Of a stretch of DNA of 64,000 bases, positions 24,757 to 36,396 are shown piece by piece. The stretch is from Octopus sinensis (Eukaryota). The notes below the pieces were generated by a model. The model was not told the origin of the DNA. It was given only the letters and a program-made list of their open reading frames with translations, and made no database searches. Positions within the stretch are counted from its first letter, which is position 1, and every line of letters begins with the position of its first letter. The stretch spans positions 102,238,001 to 102,302,000 of the forward strand of contig NC_043001.1 of assembly GCF_006345805.1 (NCBI RefSeq), in the 5' to 3' direction. The translations under genes were made by a program, and so were the position numbers.

Positions 24757-25032
24757 TGGCAAAGGTAATTTATATCATACAACACCCACTACACTCACGG
24801 AGTGGTTGGCGTTAGGAAGGGCATCCAGCTGTAGAAATTTTGGCAAAGGTATTTTTATATCATACAACACCCACTACACTCACGGAGTGGTTGGCGTTAG
24901 GAAGGGCATCCAGCTGTAGAAATTTTGCCAGATAAGACTGGAGCCTGGTGCAGCCTTCTGGCTTCCCAGATCCCCGGTCGAACCGTCCAACCCATGCTAG
25001 CATGGAGAACGGACGTTAAATGATGATGATGA
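24757..25032 (+). repeat. 84/85-bp direct tandem duplication spanning flank plus the 5' edge of a SINE C copy
   Basis: 24757-24840 is repeated at 24841-24925 with 1-2 differences. The SINE C body continues to a (GAT)n tail at about 25032. Confidence 0.9.
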
Positions 25033-25679
25033 ACAAATGCAAATAATAAAAGATAAAATGATAAAAGCAGTGGGAAGGGCTTCTCCTGACACACATTACC
25101 CTAACAATGGTATTTCAAAATGTCAACTTTGCCACATGTTTCCAGAATTAGTTCAGTGGTATTTCTGTCCAGGTTTTCAAGTCACAAAACTGTAAACATG
25201 AAGTATTTTGGGGTGAATTATACCATTTGTGAAGAGAGGCATATCTTAAAGTTCATGTTCTACCAATATCGATCAAACATTGACAGGAGATAGTGGATGT
25301 TTTGATTGCTTAAGGCCAATCTGCCAACAGTGTGAACATGTTGTGTCCCTGGGAACATGAGGTTGAGTTAAGACCAAGGGGGTGATGGGTGAGGTGGAGG
25401 GAAATGAATCAAGTTGCCAGTTACATTTATCACAAGCAGTATTTACTTAGTTAATTTGCTGTTAATATGTGTCAAAGGACCAGAATATCAAAAGTCAAAC
25501 TAATATACGTCTCATTTATTCAGATTTTTAAGGTCACAATGACTGAAATAACAAGCTGATTAGCTGACATTGCGTAAAAGACATAATATGGCCCCAGAGG
25601 ATAATACTAAGTTCTAGACATCTATTCTGATGAGATCAACTGAAGTTTAACAAGTGTGTGCCTGCTTCTGTGTGTATAG

Positions 25680-26085
25680 GTGCAAGCGTGGCTGTGTGGT
25701 AAGAAGCTTGCTTCCCAACCACATGGTTCCAGGTTCAGACCCACTGCATGGCACCTTGGGCAAGTGTCTTCTACTTATAGCCTCAGACTGAGCAAAGCCT
25801 TGTGAGTGGATTTGGTAGACGGAAACTGGAAGAAGCCCATCGTATACATGTATATATTTGTGTGCGTGCATTTGTGCTTGTCCCCCCCCCTGCCATCACT
25901 TCACAACCAGTGCTGGTGTGTTTATGTCCCCATAATATAGCAGTTCAGCAAAATAACCAATAGAATAAGTACTAGGCTTACAAGGGAATAAGTCCTGGGG
26001 TCGATTTATTTGACTAACACCCTTTAAGGTGTTGCTCCAGCATGGTCCCAGTCAAATGACTGAAACAAGTAAAAGAATAAAAGTA
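25680..26085 (+). mobile_element. SINE family B, full length
   Basis: Runs from head GGTGCAAGCGTGGCTGTGTGGTAAG to tail GAAACAAGTAAAAGAATAAAAG. Confidence 0.85.
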
Positions 26086-26123
26086 TAGTAGATGTGTGAA
26101 TCTAAAAAAGAAAAACAAATTGA

Positions 26124-26340
26124 CCCTTTAGCATTTAAACTGGACGTATCCAGCCCAAATATTCTACCTATTTTCTGCTCAAATTGACCAGATCCAGCCT
26201 CTCACACCTACCCTACAATGTCATTCTAAAAATAAACAATCACAACATCAAAATCTTAAAGCTACAAGTTAATTCAAACCATTGTGAATAAACAAGCATT
26301 ACATTCACCCAAATAATCTGAATGTACAACAGTTTAGTCT
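26124..26340 (+). mobile_element. Possible piggyBac-type MITE remnant
   Basis: TTGA|CCCTTTAGCATT left end (TTAA-CCC-like). The right end is degenerate. Confidence 0.35.
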
Positions 26341-26849
26341 GTATCAAGCAACTAGCAACAGAAATAAAAGACATTTCTTCATTTACTTCATTTCCTTATT
26401 ATGGTTAAAATAACAGGTCTGCTGCTGTAAATGTTTGTCATCTTTTAAGTGTAGACCAGTTCGGTTAGAGTAAACCTAGGATTAAAGTGTTTGTCAGAGA
26501 CAATCCATCCTTTTCCAGATATAATGAACCTCAGATTACATCATCAAAAGCCCTTTGTAAGAAGACAGGGTGTGTTTAAGGAGGATTGGGTTTTGGTTAC
26601 TTGGGGGTTAGATGGCTTTAAAAAACGAAAGACTGAGAGCACCCTAATTTACTAATTACTTAAGCAGACTTTTGTTAAGGGGCCAAGCAGCCAAATGTTT
26701 GTTCACAACCGAAGAATTAGTATTTGGTATATTCTTTTATCTATAATTCATATTCTATACCAGTGTTTTCTTTAAGTGGAGCATGGGACTTTGGAATGGA
26801 GTAAGCAACAATTGAATAAAACTTGCAATACTGTTTTGATTCAAACTCA

Positions 26850-27230
26850 GGCATGGCTGTGTGGTAAGGAGCTTGCTTACCAACCACATGGTCCCACTGC
26901 GTGGCACCTTGGGCAAGTGTCTACTACTATACCCTCAGGCCAACCAAAGCCTTGTGAGTGGATTTGGTAGACGGAAACTGAAAGAAGCCCATCATATATA
27001 TATACATATGTATATGTTTGTGTGTCTGTGTTGTCCCCCCCACCATCACTTGACAACTGATGCTGGTGTGTTTACATCGCCGTAACTTAGCAGTTCAGTA
27101 ACAGAGACCGATAGAATAAGTACTAGGCTTACAGAGAATAAGTCCTGGAGTTGATTTGCTCCACTAAAGGCAGTGCTCCAGCATGGCTGGAGTCAAAATG
27201 ACTGAAACATGTAAAAGAATAAAAGAATAT
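26850..27230 (+). mobile_element. SINE family B, full length
   Basis: Family-diagnostic head, body and tail. Confidence 0.85.
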
Positions 27231-27240
27231 ATATTTTCAA

Positions 27241-27626
27241 AGCACTGGTGATGGTCCCACGTAAAAGGCACTGGTGATGGTGTCACGTAAAAGGCACTGG
27301 TGATGGTTCCACGTAAAAGGCACTGGTGATGGTGCCATGTAAAAGGCATTGGTGATGGTGTCACATAAAAAGCACTGGCGATTGTGTCACATAAAAAGCA
27401 CTGGTGATTGTGCCATGTAAATGGCACTGGTGATGGTGCCATGTAAAAGGCACTGGTGATTGTGCCACGTAAAAAGCACTGGTGATTGTGCCACGTAAAT
27501 GGCACTGGTGATGGTGCCATGTAAAAGGCACTGGTGATTGTGCCACGTAAAAGGCACTGGTGATGGTGCCACATAAAAGGCACTGGTGATGGTGCCATGT
27601 AAAAGGCACTGGTGATGGTCCCACAA
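27241..27626. repeat. Minisatellite, about 15 copies of a 26-bp unit (GGCACTGGTGATGGTGCCACGTAAAA), fused to a SINE C 3' half ending at about 27755
   Basis: Unit periodicity is directly visible and gives 26-aa periodic ORFs (3 units = 78 nt). There are no unique spacers. Confidence 0.95.
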
Positions 27627-27984
27627 AAAAAAACCCAATACACTCTGTAGCGTGGTTGGTATTAGAAAGGGCATCCAGCCATAGAAACAGACAATAGAAC
27701 CAGGTATGGCTCCTAACCTTGCTAGCAGGGAAAACAGATGTTAAATGAAGATGATATGTTCTTTACAAACCTTGTCCTTAGTGAGGGTGCGCATGGATTG
27801 TTTCTCTTAAAGTAAATGTAGAGCATTGGGACAAACATGGTTGAGAAATACTGTTCTAGATACTCTTCAACCAATTCATATAAAGTGAAGACAGATAACA
27901 TTTACTTGGTAAAGCAACAACCCTGAATAATCAGGGTTATTAGAGGGGGTTTTGATAACAGAGCATATATTTGGGACTAATTGA

Positions 27985-28198
27985 GCTGGCAGACACGTTA
28001 GTGCACCAGGTGAAATGCTTAGCGGTATTTTGACTGTCATTACGTTCTGAGTTCAAATTCTGCCGAGGTCGACTTTGCCTTTCATCCTTTCGGGTTCAAT
28101 AAATAAAGTACCAGTTTCGCACTGGGGTCGATGTAATCGACTTAATCCCTTTGTTTTTCCCCTCTGTGTTTAGCCCCTTGTGGGCAATAAAGAAATAG
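27985..28198 (+). mobile_element. SINE family D (GGGCAATAAAGAAATA tail variant)
   Basis: GAGCTGGCAGA...GAGTTCAAATTCTGCCGAGGTCGAC body. Confidence 0.8.
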
Positions 28199-30542
28199 TT
28201 ATTGTTTTTAAGTGTTAATGCGTTTTAGTCGAAAGGTGTAGTTGTTGATCAAAAGTACTCCAGTGATTTTGTCTTTCTACTGGGCATTACTTATCTAGGG
28301 CTACATTATTCAATGTATTCTCCTGTTTCAGAGTATATAATTTGAGAGAGCTTTGGCTGCTACTTCTAGCTTGTCAGGTGACAATACAGAGAAAGCATTA
28401 GGGTCCACACACTGAGGTGTTGCCATATCAAGCTACCAGAAATCAGAATATTTTTTGACACAATCTTTCAACTGAAAATTTTGAAAAACTGAGTTTTTCT
28501 AAATTTATTTGTAAGATTACTTATAAGGTTATAGTGAACCAATTAAAATGTCAATTTATAAAACAGACACAGAGATTGCAAACTACTGGTGTAATATTTT
28601 CAGATACTTTCTGGAACTGTGTAGATTGAAGAAGACCACAACAATTAACAATGCTATTTGTATGGCTGTTGTCTTTCTTACTACTTTATTTCTTTCTGTA
28701 GTTGCTATATGGAAGTGGTGACTGTGTAGAGAGCATTCGTTTGAATAGATTCTAATTTATTGGTGTTCTGATATTCTATCTTATATGTCACTAGCTTATC
28801 ACATCTCTTTGTGGTCGCGTATCCTTTGCCTGAAAGCTTGTCTTCTTCACTGTCTCAGTCTTCGAATATTTCTTCATATTCATAGCTAGACAATCTTATG
28901 ATTTCACTATTCTTTCAACATTCAGTGGAGTTTTAGTAAAATAATTATTGTTATTTATCATGATTAACCATGCAAGCCAAAAGCACACTGTCTAGACAAG
29001 TAATCCAAGTGTGTGCAGTATGCAAGCTTGTATGATAGCAATATTGGAGAGACACCAAAATCTCTTCTTCATATGTGGCTCCGAGATGGAGCCAGATTGG
29101 CTTAGATACAAACAAATTCATATTAGTTTTAATTTTTAAGAATTGCATGATATTTTTTCCCCCTATCAAGTACATCATCAATATGTGATCTGTTTGGCTT
29201 ATGTAAATGCAAAAGCATAATTCATCTTATATAATTTAATGTTTCCAAGTCTCAGGAGCCAAAAAAAGGGGAAAAATTGCAGATGGGTCGACAATTCTGA
29301 ACGAGGCTATTAGCACAATTCAGAACAATGAAAAAATGTGAGATATGCTTAGATAATGCAACATGCATGGACAAATCTTTATGCTTATAAGACTAGAAAT
29401 ACACTCACATACGCACACACACACAATGATTTTCCTTGGCTACTTCAGTGAATGTTATATAAAAATTACATTGTTTCGAGTGAATCATTCCAGTGTCATA
29501 TTTTTATAAAACAGTCACATATATATATTTTGTTTTCTATCGTAAAATCACTAAATAAGAAACAGCACCTAAGATAATACTGTGCTGAATGGCTAAAGTA
29601 TCCTGCAATCAATTTAAATGTGATTACCAAGAAAAATATGATTGAATAGGAATCTTATAATTTAACAGCAAAATTCTAAAATGGTTTGTGTTTGTGGGTG
29701 TGCATGTGTTTGCACACGTGCATAGTCGCTGGTTGCTATGAGTCATATGTGTATTAAAATGCTGCTGTGTGTTGAAGTTTTAAAATGTGTATGTGCAGTC
29801 ATTCTCTAGCTATATGTGTTATATATTTTCTGTGTGTGTGTGTGTGCCATTTCTAAAACTGATATGCATTGTGTGTGTGATGACAGACAGGGATTTTACA
29901 TTTTTGAGGGTAGTTTCTGCAACAACATAACTAATATTAATTTTAAAATTTAAACTTTCTTTTTTTTAATAAACTGACAGTGGTGACTTCACTTGTTATG
30001 AAATATATATTAAATACCTACTAATAACCAACAGGAACTTATATATTTAAAATAATATAAGATATGTCAGCTTCTGCATATTTTGGGGTTGGCAACTGTC
30101 ATCCAAAAACTGAAAACTTTATATCCATACTAATTATATTTATATCAAGTCAGTATTTCATTGGAACTGATATTATCATATGTAAGGATAATATTATTAT
30201 TTTTTTGTTTCAATAGTAAGTAAAAACATTAGGTTTGTTGGTAACTTGGTGACAGTTTATTCTACCATTTTCCTGTCAATTTTTTTATTCTAAGTATAAT
30301 GTGTCTCTGGAATAAATTATAAATTTTAGGAGTTGCTGTTGGTTCCAAATGCCATTGTTAAGAGAATTAACTCATATGATGATAGGCTTAAAAATAGATT
30401 ATCTGAATAATATCTGACCAGTGAGTCTTAAAACTGGTCGCATATTATTCAAATACAGGTAATATTTCATAGAAAATACTAAAATCCCCTAGACTGTTCA
30501 CCCGCTTTATTTGAAAGGTTAAAACCATGTTGAAAGGGAAAT

Positions 30543-30827
30543 ATGTGGATGTGTTCTGTTGTGTCTGGGGAGAGGCATTTTCTTTTTGTGCCTTATAATA
30601 TAAAACACTCACCGGTAAAATTTCCACTTTTTTCTTATTTTTATTTTCCTAAAATTTTCGTTGAGTCTTGCAACCTTTTCAATAGTGGAAATTTTACTGG
30701 TGAGTATGTTATATTATAAGGCACAAAAAGAAAACGACTCTCCCCAGACACAACAGAATATGCTTCAACACACGAACTCATCTACAGAATCTTGCAAACC
30801 AAATCCAAAAACGAAATGTGGATGTGT
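30543..30827. mobile_element. Asymmetric foldback insertion with 75-bp inverted arms, bracketed by a 12-bp direct repeat
   Basis: Arms at 30554-30628 and 30684-30758 have about 5 mismatches. ATGTGGATGTGT occurs at 30543-30554 and 30816-30827. Confidence 0.8.
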
Positions 30828-30839
30828 GTTTTTTATTTT

Positions 30840-31565
30840 TACGTGTTTCAATCATTTGACCATGGCCAAGCTGGGGCATCACCTGGAAAAATTATCTGTC
30901 GACTGAGTCAACCCCAGTACTTATTTTTTTAAAGTTTGGTGCTTATTCTATCAGCCTCTTTTACTGCGCTGCTAAGTTACAGGTAGATAGATGCAACAAT
31001 ACCAGTTGTCAAGCAGTGGTAGGGGACAAACACAGGTACAAAGACAGACACAGACATGTATTATATGACAGGATTCTTTTCAGTTTCTGCCAATCAAATC
31101 CGCTGCTAAGGCCCATGGCCATAGTAGGAGACACTCGCCCAAGGTACCATGCAGTGAGACTGAACAAACTTCTTACCACACAGCTAAGCCTGTACCGACC
31201 TACACACACATATATATATTTTGTTGTGACCCCCTTCGGTCAGACACTGACCATGGGCTTGTACCTAGAGAGTTACCCTCTGAGGCACAAGTCTGGGCAA
31301 GGTTGTTTTTATGGAAGACCAGCAGTCGTCCATGCATACCGGCGTCCCCTCTCCACCCCATCAGTGTTATCCAAGGGAAAGGCAAAGGGGCTGATACAGC
31401 TTGGCACCTGTGACGTTGCAACTCATTTCTACAGCTGAGTGAACTGGAGCAACGTCAAATAAAGTGTCTTGCTCAAGAACACAACAAGCAGCCCGGTCCG
31501 GGATTCGAGCTCACAATCTCACGATCGTGAGCTCGACGCTCTAACCACTGAGCCACGCGACTTCA
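30840..31565 (-). mobile_element. Adjacent SINE B (30840-31195) and SINE A (31200-31565) copies
   Basis: Family motifs in both. The SINE A head on the minus strand retains CpGs (CGCGTGGCTCAGTGGTTAGAGCGTCGAGCTCACGATCG). Confidence 0.8.
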
Positions 31566-31573
31566 CACACACA

Positions 31574-32484
31574 CTATATATATATATAAAAGTGAAGTTG
31601 TGTGAGTGTCTGTCTCCTATGATTTAGATTCCTAACTACTCCCACATTTTGCGGTGCAGTTTAACCAAATTCGGGTATCTTATAGGTGTGATTCATATCG
31701 AGCCCGTCTGGGTATTAGCACGCGTCTACGATGAGTCTACGATTTTAAAAATAATTTACCATAATTTTTTTCCATTTTAAGGCATATTTTATCCGTGTGT
31801 TGATGGCGGCGGAGTTGGCGTCCATGCTCACACCTGCACCTGTGTTGCTTCTCCCCCTTCTTCCTTCCCTCGTGAAGCTGTGGGGAAGGGAGTGTAAGGA
31901 AATCAACGTCGTAAAGAGTTGTCAAGGAGACCAGCGTTCTTTTAGAACAACGACTTCATGGCTTGAAGTCGCCAAAACAGAAATCGCTAAAAAAGCTGAA
32001 ACAGATCCACAAAAACGGCAAAAATCGCCACACAGGGCAGGTTTTCTGTGCAAACAATTTGCACAACCGAATGTTTTAGTTGCACAAATCTTTATATATA
32101 AAAGTGAAGTTGTGTGAATGTCTCCTACGATTTAGATTCCTAACTACTCCCACATTTTGCGGTGCAGTTTAACCAGAACCGGGTATCTTATAGTCGTGAT
32201 TCATATCGAGCCCTTCTGGGTATTAGCGCACATCTACGATGAGTCTACGATTTAAAAAAAAATTTACCATAATTTTTTTCCATTTTAATGCATTTTTTCG
32301 CTATTATATAAGGGAAGTAACTCTCTAAAAATGTCTACGATGAGTCAACGATTAAAAAAAAATTTACCATCATTTTTTTCCCATTTTTAATGCATTTTTT
32401 TGCTATTTTTGGCTATAACTCTCTAAAAATGCTTATATAGTTATTTCCCTTACAAACCCGAGCAACGCCGGGCGATACTGCTAG
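31574..32484 (+). mobile_element. Composite non-autonomous Helitron (duplicated 5' module + unique segment + complete element 32089-32484)
   Basis: The 5' module TATATATAAAAGTGAAGTTGTGTG... occurs at about 31574 and again at 32089 (A|TC). The 3' end is CCCGAGCAACGCCGGGCGATACTGCTAG|T (GC hairpin + CTAG). Confidence 0.85.
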
Positions 32485-32570
32485 TATATATATATATATA
32501 TTAGACAAAAACAGATAACTAAGCCAAGGCTGTGAGGAGTTTCCAGGACATTTATAAGGAAAGAAATATA

Positions 32571-32617
32571 GTCTTACAGCTGTTTCTGGGATATTGTGGA
32601 TATCCTTTCATCAGAGA
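32571..32617 (-). ncRNA. Minimal type-I hammerhead fold with a palindromic AGCT loop
   Basis: Minus strand reads TCT-CTGATGA-AA-GGATAT(CCACA)ATATCC-CA-GAAAC-AGCT-GTA-AGA. Confidence 0.65.
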
Positions 32618-32892
32618 TAATATGAGAGAGGTAAATGATTGAGTTCAAAATAAGGAATTATTATGGAAAAGGAGGAGATAGGGAAAATAGAGAAAAATAA
32701 GAGAATGAAAATAGAAATAACATATAAAATATTGTAGATGCAGTTCCATTCTTCATGTAAAGTGGTGTAAAAAAGTGGTAAAATGGTTTCCCGTACATGG
32801 TATGTAAGTTCCAATAGTAGTTTGTGTTTAGTCATTTCAAAGTATAGAACCATGGATTTAACTTCCATACTGCCTAATATTGTCCATGATAG

Positions 32893-32940
<48 letters not shown>

Positions 32941-32945
<5 letters not shown>

Positions 32946-33502
32946 CATACATACATACATATCATATCATCATCATCATCGTTTAGCGTCCGTTTTCCAT
33001 GCTAGCATGGGTTGGACAGTTCTACTGGGGTCTGTGAAGCCAGAAGGCTTCATCAGGCCCAGTCAAATCTGGCAGTGTTTCTACAGCTGGATGCCCTTCT
33101 AACGCCAACCACTCCGTGAGTGTAGTGGGTGCTTTTTACGTGCCACCGCACATATATATATATATATATATATACACGTCAAGGTCACCAGCCCCTATCC
33201 ACATGCACATACACGCTGTCACATACACATGCACGCTCACCTTCGTTTTGGAGTCACCACTACTGTATTATCTCCCCTTCTTCCTAGCTCTCCTGTGTGA
33301 CCCCTCTGTCCAGTATTTGCCATGATTTGTCGCTAGCCACTAAACCTTTTTCTATTTTCTCTCCCTGTTTATTTCTGTGTTCCTTTCTGTCGAAGAGCAT
33401 AGGTTCGAAACATAAAAGACTTCTCACTTTCTGAGCGTTAAACTAATAAACCTGTTTGTTGTTTACACACCTGTCTTGTCTTTTGTTTTTTTGTAAATTC
33501 TC

Positions 33503-33542
<40 letters not shown>

Positions 33543-34105
33543 CATACATACATACATATCATCATCATCATCATCATCATCATCGTTTAGCGTCCGTTTT
33601 CCATGCTAGCATGGGTTGGACAGTTCTACTGGGGTCTGTGAAGCCAGAAGGCTTCATCAGGCCCAGTCAAATCTGGCAGTGTTTCTACAGCTGGATGCCC
33701 TTCCTAACGCCAACCACTCCGTGAGTGTAGTGGGTGCTTTTTACGTGCCACCCGCACATATATATATATATATATATATACACGTCAAGGTCACCAGCCC
33801 CTATCCACATGCACATACACGCTGTCACATACACATGCACGCTCACCTTCGTTTTGGAGTCACCACTACTGTATTATCTCCCCTTCTTCCTAGCTCTCCT
33901 GTGTGACCCCTCTGTCCAGTATTTGCCATGATTTGTCGCTAGCCACTAAACCTTTTTCTATTTTCTCTCCCTGTTTATTTCTGTGTTCCTTTCTGTCGAA
34001 GAGCATAGGTTCGAAACATAAAAGACTTTCTCACTTTCTGAGCGTAAACTAATAAACCTGTTGTTGTTTACACACCTGTCTTGTCTTTTGTTTTTTTGTA
34101 AATTC

Positions 34106-34108
<3 letters not shown>
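32941..34108. repeat. Near-identical tandem duplication of about 600 bp between (TA)n tracts; each unit has a SINE C fragment and a PLE-type hammerhead-like tail
   Basis: 32941-33503 and 33539-34108 differ almost only by 1-nt indels and microsatellite length. Confidence 0.95.
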
Positions 34109-34169
<61 letters not shown>

Positions 34170-34179
<10 letters not shown>

Positions 34180-34600
34180 TAAAGGTCCACAAGGCTCCGG
34201 CAGGGGGTGGTGGTAAATCATGCTGTACTCTTTCATCACAATTTTCTCTCACTCTTTCTCCCTGTTTCTGTTGTACCTGTATTTCAAAGGGCCAGCCTTG
34301 TCACACTCTGTGTCACGCTGAATCTCCCTGAGAACTACATTAAGGGTACACGTGTCTGTGGAGCGCTCAGCTGCTTACACGTTAATAAATGAACTGCGAC
34401 GTCACTGGTGCCAAGCTGTATCGGCCCCTTTGCTTTTCTCTTGGATAACATCGGTGGCATGGAGAGGGGAGGCTGGTATGCGTGGGCGACTGCTGATCTT
34501 CCATAAACAACCTTGCCCGGACTTGTGCCTCGGAGGGTAACTTTGTAGGTGCGATCCCATGGTTATTCATGACTGAAGGGGGTAACAACAACACAACAAT
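34170..34600 (+). mobile_element. SINE family A body and tail (headless)
   Basis: Matches 8270-8470 (GGTCCACAAGGCTCCGGCAGGGG...GTACACGTGTCTGTGGAG). It is also the reverse complement of 31220-31420. Confidence 0.75.
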
Positions 34601-35381
34601 AGGGAGAGAGAGAGAGAGAGCTACTGTGGACAATAGCAGGAAGTATGAAAGTTGAATTGTTCAATAAGAGAAGTGTTCCAAGTACTTTGACCATTTATTT
34701 TAAGATAGGTGATTTATATTTGTTTTACAAGAAAGTATTGCATTCCTCCTACATTAATACATTAATAAAGTAACTGCATAACTTTATCAAGAAAAATATT
34801 CATTCAGCAGAAATAAGGAAAGAGTATTCACCATAGGTTAAAAATAAATATATAAATTTAAAAAAAAATACACAAATAAAATCAATAAATGAAAATGTAA
34901 AAACTTTCTTTCTGATAGTAACACCATTCAGTGTGAATTAATGTTTTGTTTCCTCCATGCAGATTTCCCCTCTAACGAGTTTACTTTGGTCAAATACATT
35001 GTTTTGTACGAATGGTGTTTATAGTATGGCAATATGGCTACGATGCGAAGAACTGAGAATGAAAGAAGCAAATGGAAATAATGTGATGCTGTAAATATGT
35101 CCAATCCAAGCCAAGTGAACAGGAGAGTGATGATGGTGATGATATGATGATGATGCTACTACTGCTGCTGCTGCTGCTGATGGTGTGATGGTGGTGGTGA
35201 GAGATGTTTGGCACTTCAGTTCAATTTCGTTTCAAGTGTAAAGTACAGGCATGGCTGTGTGGCTAAGAAGTTTCCTTTCCAACCACATAGATTGGGGTTC
35301 AGTCCCACAGCATACCACTTTGGGTGAGTGTCTTCTAGCACAGTCCTGTGATGGGATTTGGCAGACGGAAACTGAAAGAAG

Positions 35382-35412
<31 letters not shown>

Positions 35413-36215
35413 CACATATGTACTGCAGAATGAAAGAATGGAGAGGTAAACAATTGGTATCAGTTCAAAGCCTGGAATTTATATATTTAAACATGAATTG
35501 CCAAGCAGTTACACCTGAGGGCATCATAGAAATAATGGCATAAGGTGTACAGATTGTCTGTTACAATTGTTTCCTGAAAAGGTGCACAGATGGGGCTTTT
35601 GCCAGCAAATAAAATATAAGCTTTGCATGTGGCAGTGGGCCATTCCATCTTCAGAGAGGTGGAGCCTTAGTACAAGATTTAATCTGTTAGCAGCTCCGTC
35701 TTCAAAGAGAAAATGCGGTAGGTTATTAGCGAAAGAGATGTGAGATATAAACAAATGAAAGGGGCAGCACGAATGTGTGAGGGTAGAGAGAGAGAGAGAC
35801 TAACTCTTGTAGCAAATGACAAACGGATACAGATTATGAGTTTATATATATATATATTCTTTTACTTATTTCAGTCATTTGACTGTGGCCATGCTGGAGC
35901 ACCACTTTTAGTTGAGCAAATCTTTGTAAGCCTAGTACTTATTCCATTGGTCTCTTTTGCTGATCTACTACATTACGGGGACGTAAATACACCAACATTG
36001 GTTGTCAAGTGATGTTGGGATGACAAATACAGATACAAACATATATGTATACTACAGACTTCTTTTCAGTTTCCATCTACCAAATCCGCTCAGAAGGCTT
36101 TGGTTGGCCTGAGGCTATAGTAAAAGACACTAATTCAAGGTGCCATGCAGTGGGACTGAACCCCAAACCATGTGGTTGGGAAGCCAGCTTCTTACCATAC
36201 ACCCACTCCTGTGTC

Positions 36216-36275
<60 letters not shown>

Positions 36276-36361
36276 TAATCCAAACAAGAAAACACAACAA
36301 CGCGAGGACGTGGAACAAATAAAGTATTATTGGATGCTCAGGAAAGAAGGGAAGAAGGAGG

Positions 36362-36396
36362 GTTTAACATTTCGAGCAGAGCTCTTCGTCGGAAAC
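36362..36396 (-). ncRNA. Minimal hammerhead fold (CCGACGA core) in a PLE-like terminal repeat next to (TA)n
   Basis: Minus strand reads GTTT-CCGACGA-A-GAGC(TCT)GCTC-GAAATGT-T-AAAC. Confidence 0.55.

Noticed and set aside
27241-27626. Regular array resembling CRISPR or a repeat-protein gene
   Set aside because: The units are contiguous with no unique spacers, there are no cas genes, and the context is eukaryotic. The ORFs are a by-product of the 26-bp unit.
28951-29200. Minus-strand DHILMMYLIGG and SHI*RRDFGVS resembling kinase MEYLIGG / GHIKLTDFGLS
   Set aside because: The two motifs are in different frames, about 33 codons apart instead of about 60, with no HRD motif and a stop. The plus strand gives an equally weak GIY-YIG-like NIGET. 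I treated it as chance or old TE.
34963-35095. Strong plus-strand acceptor followed by a 43-codon open frame with CpGs
   Set aside because: The donor is weak, there is no recognisable homology, and T-rich tracts ending in AG are common here.
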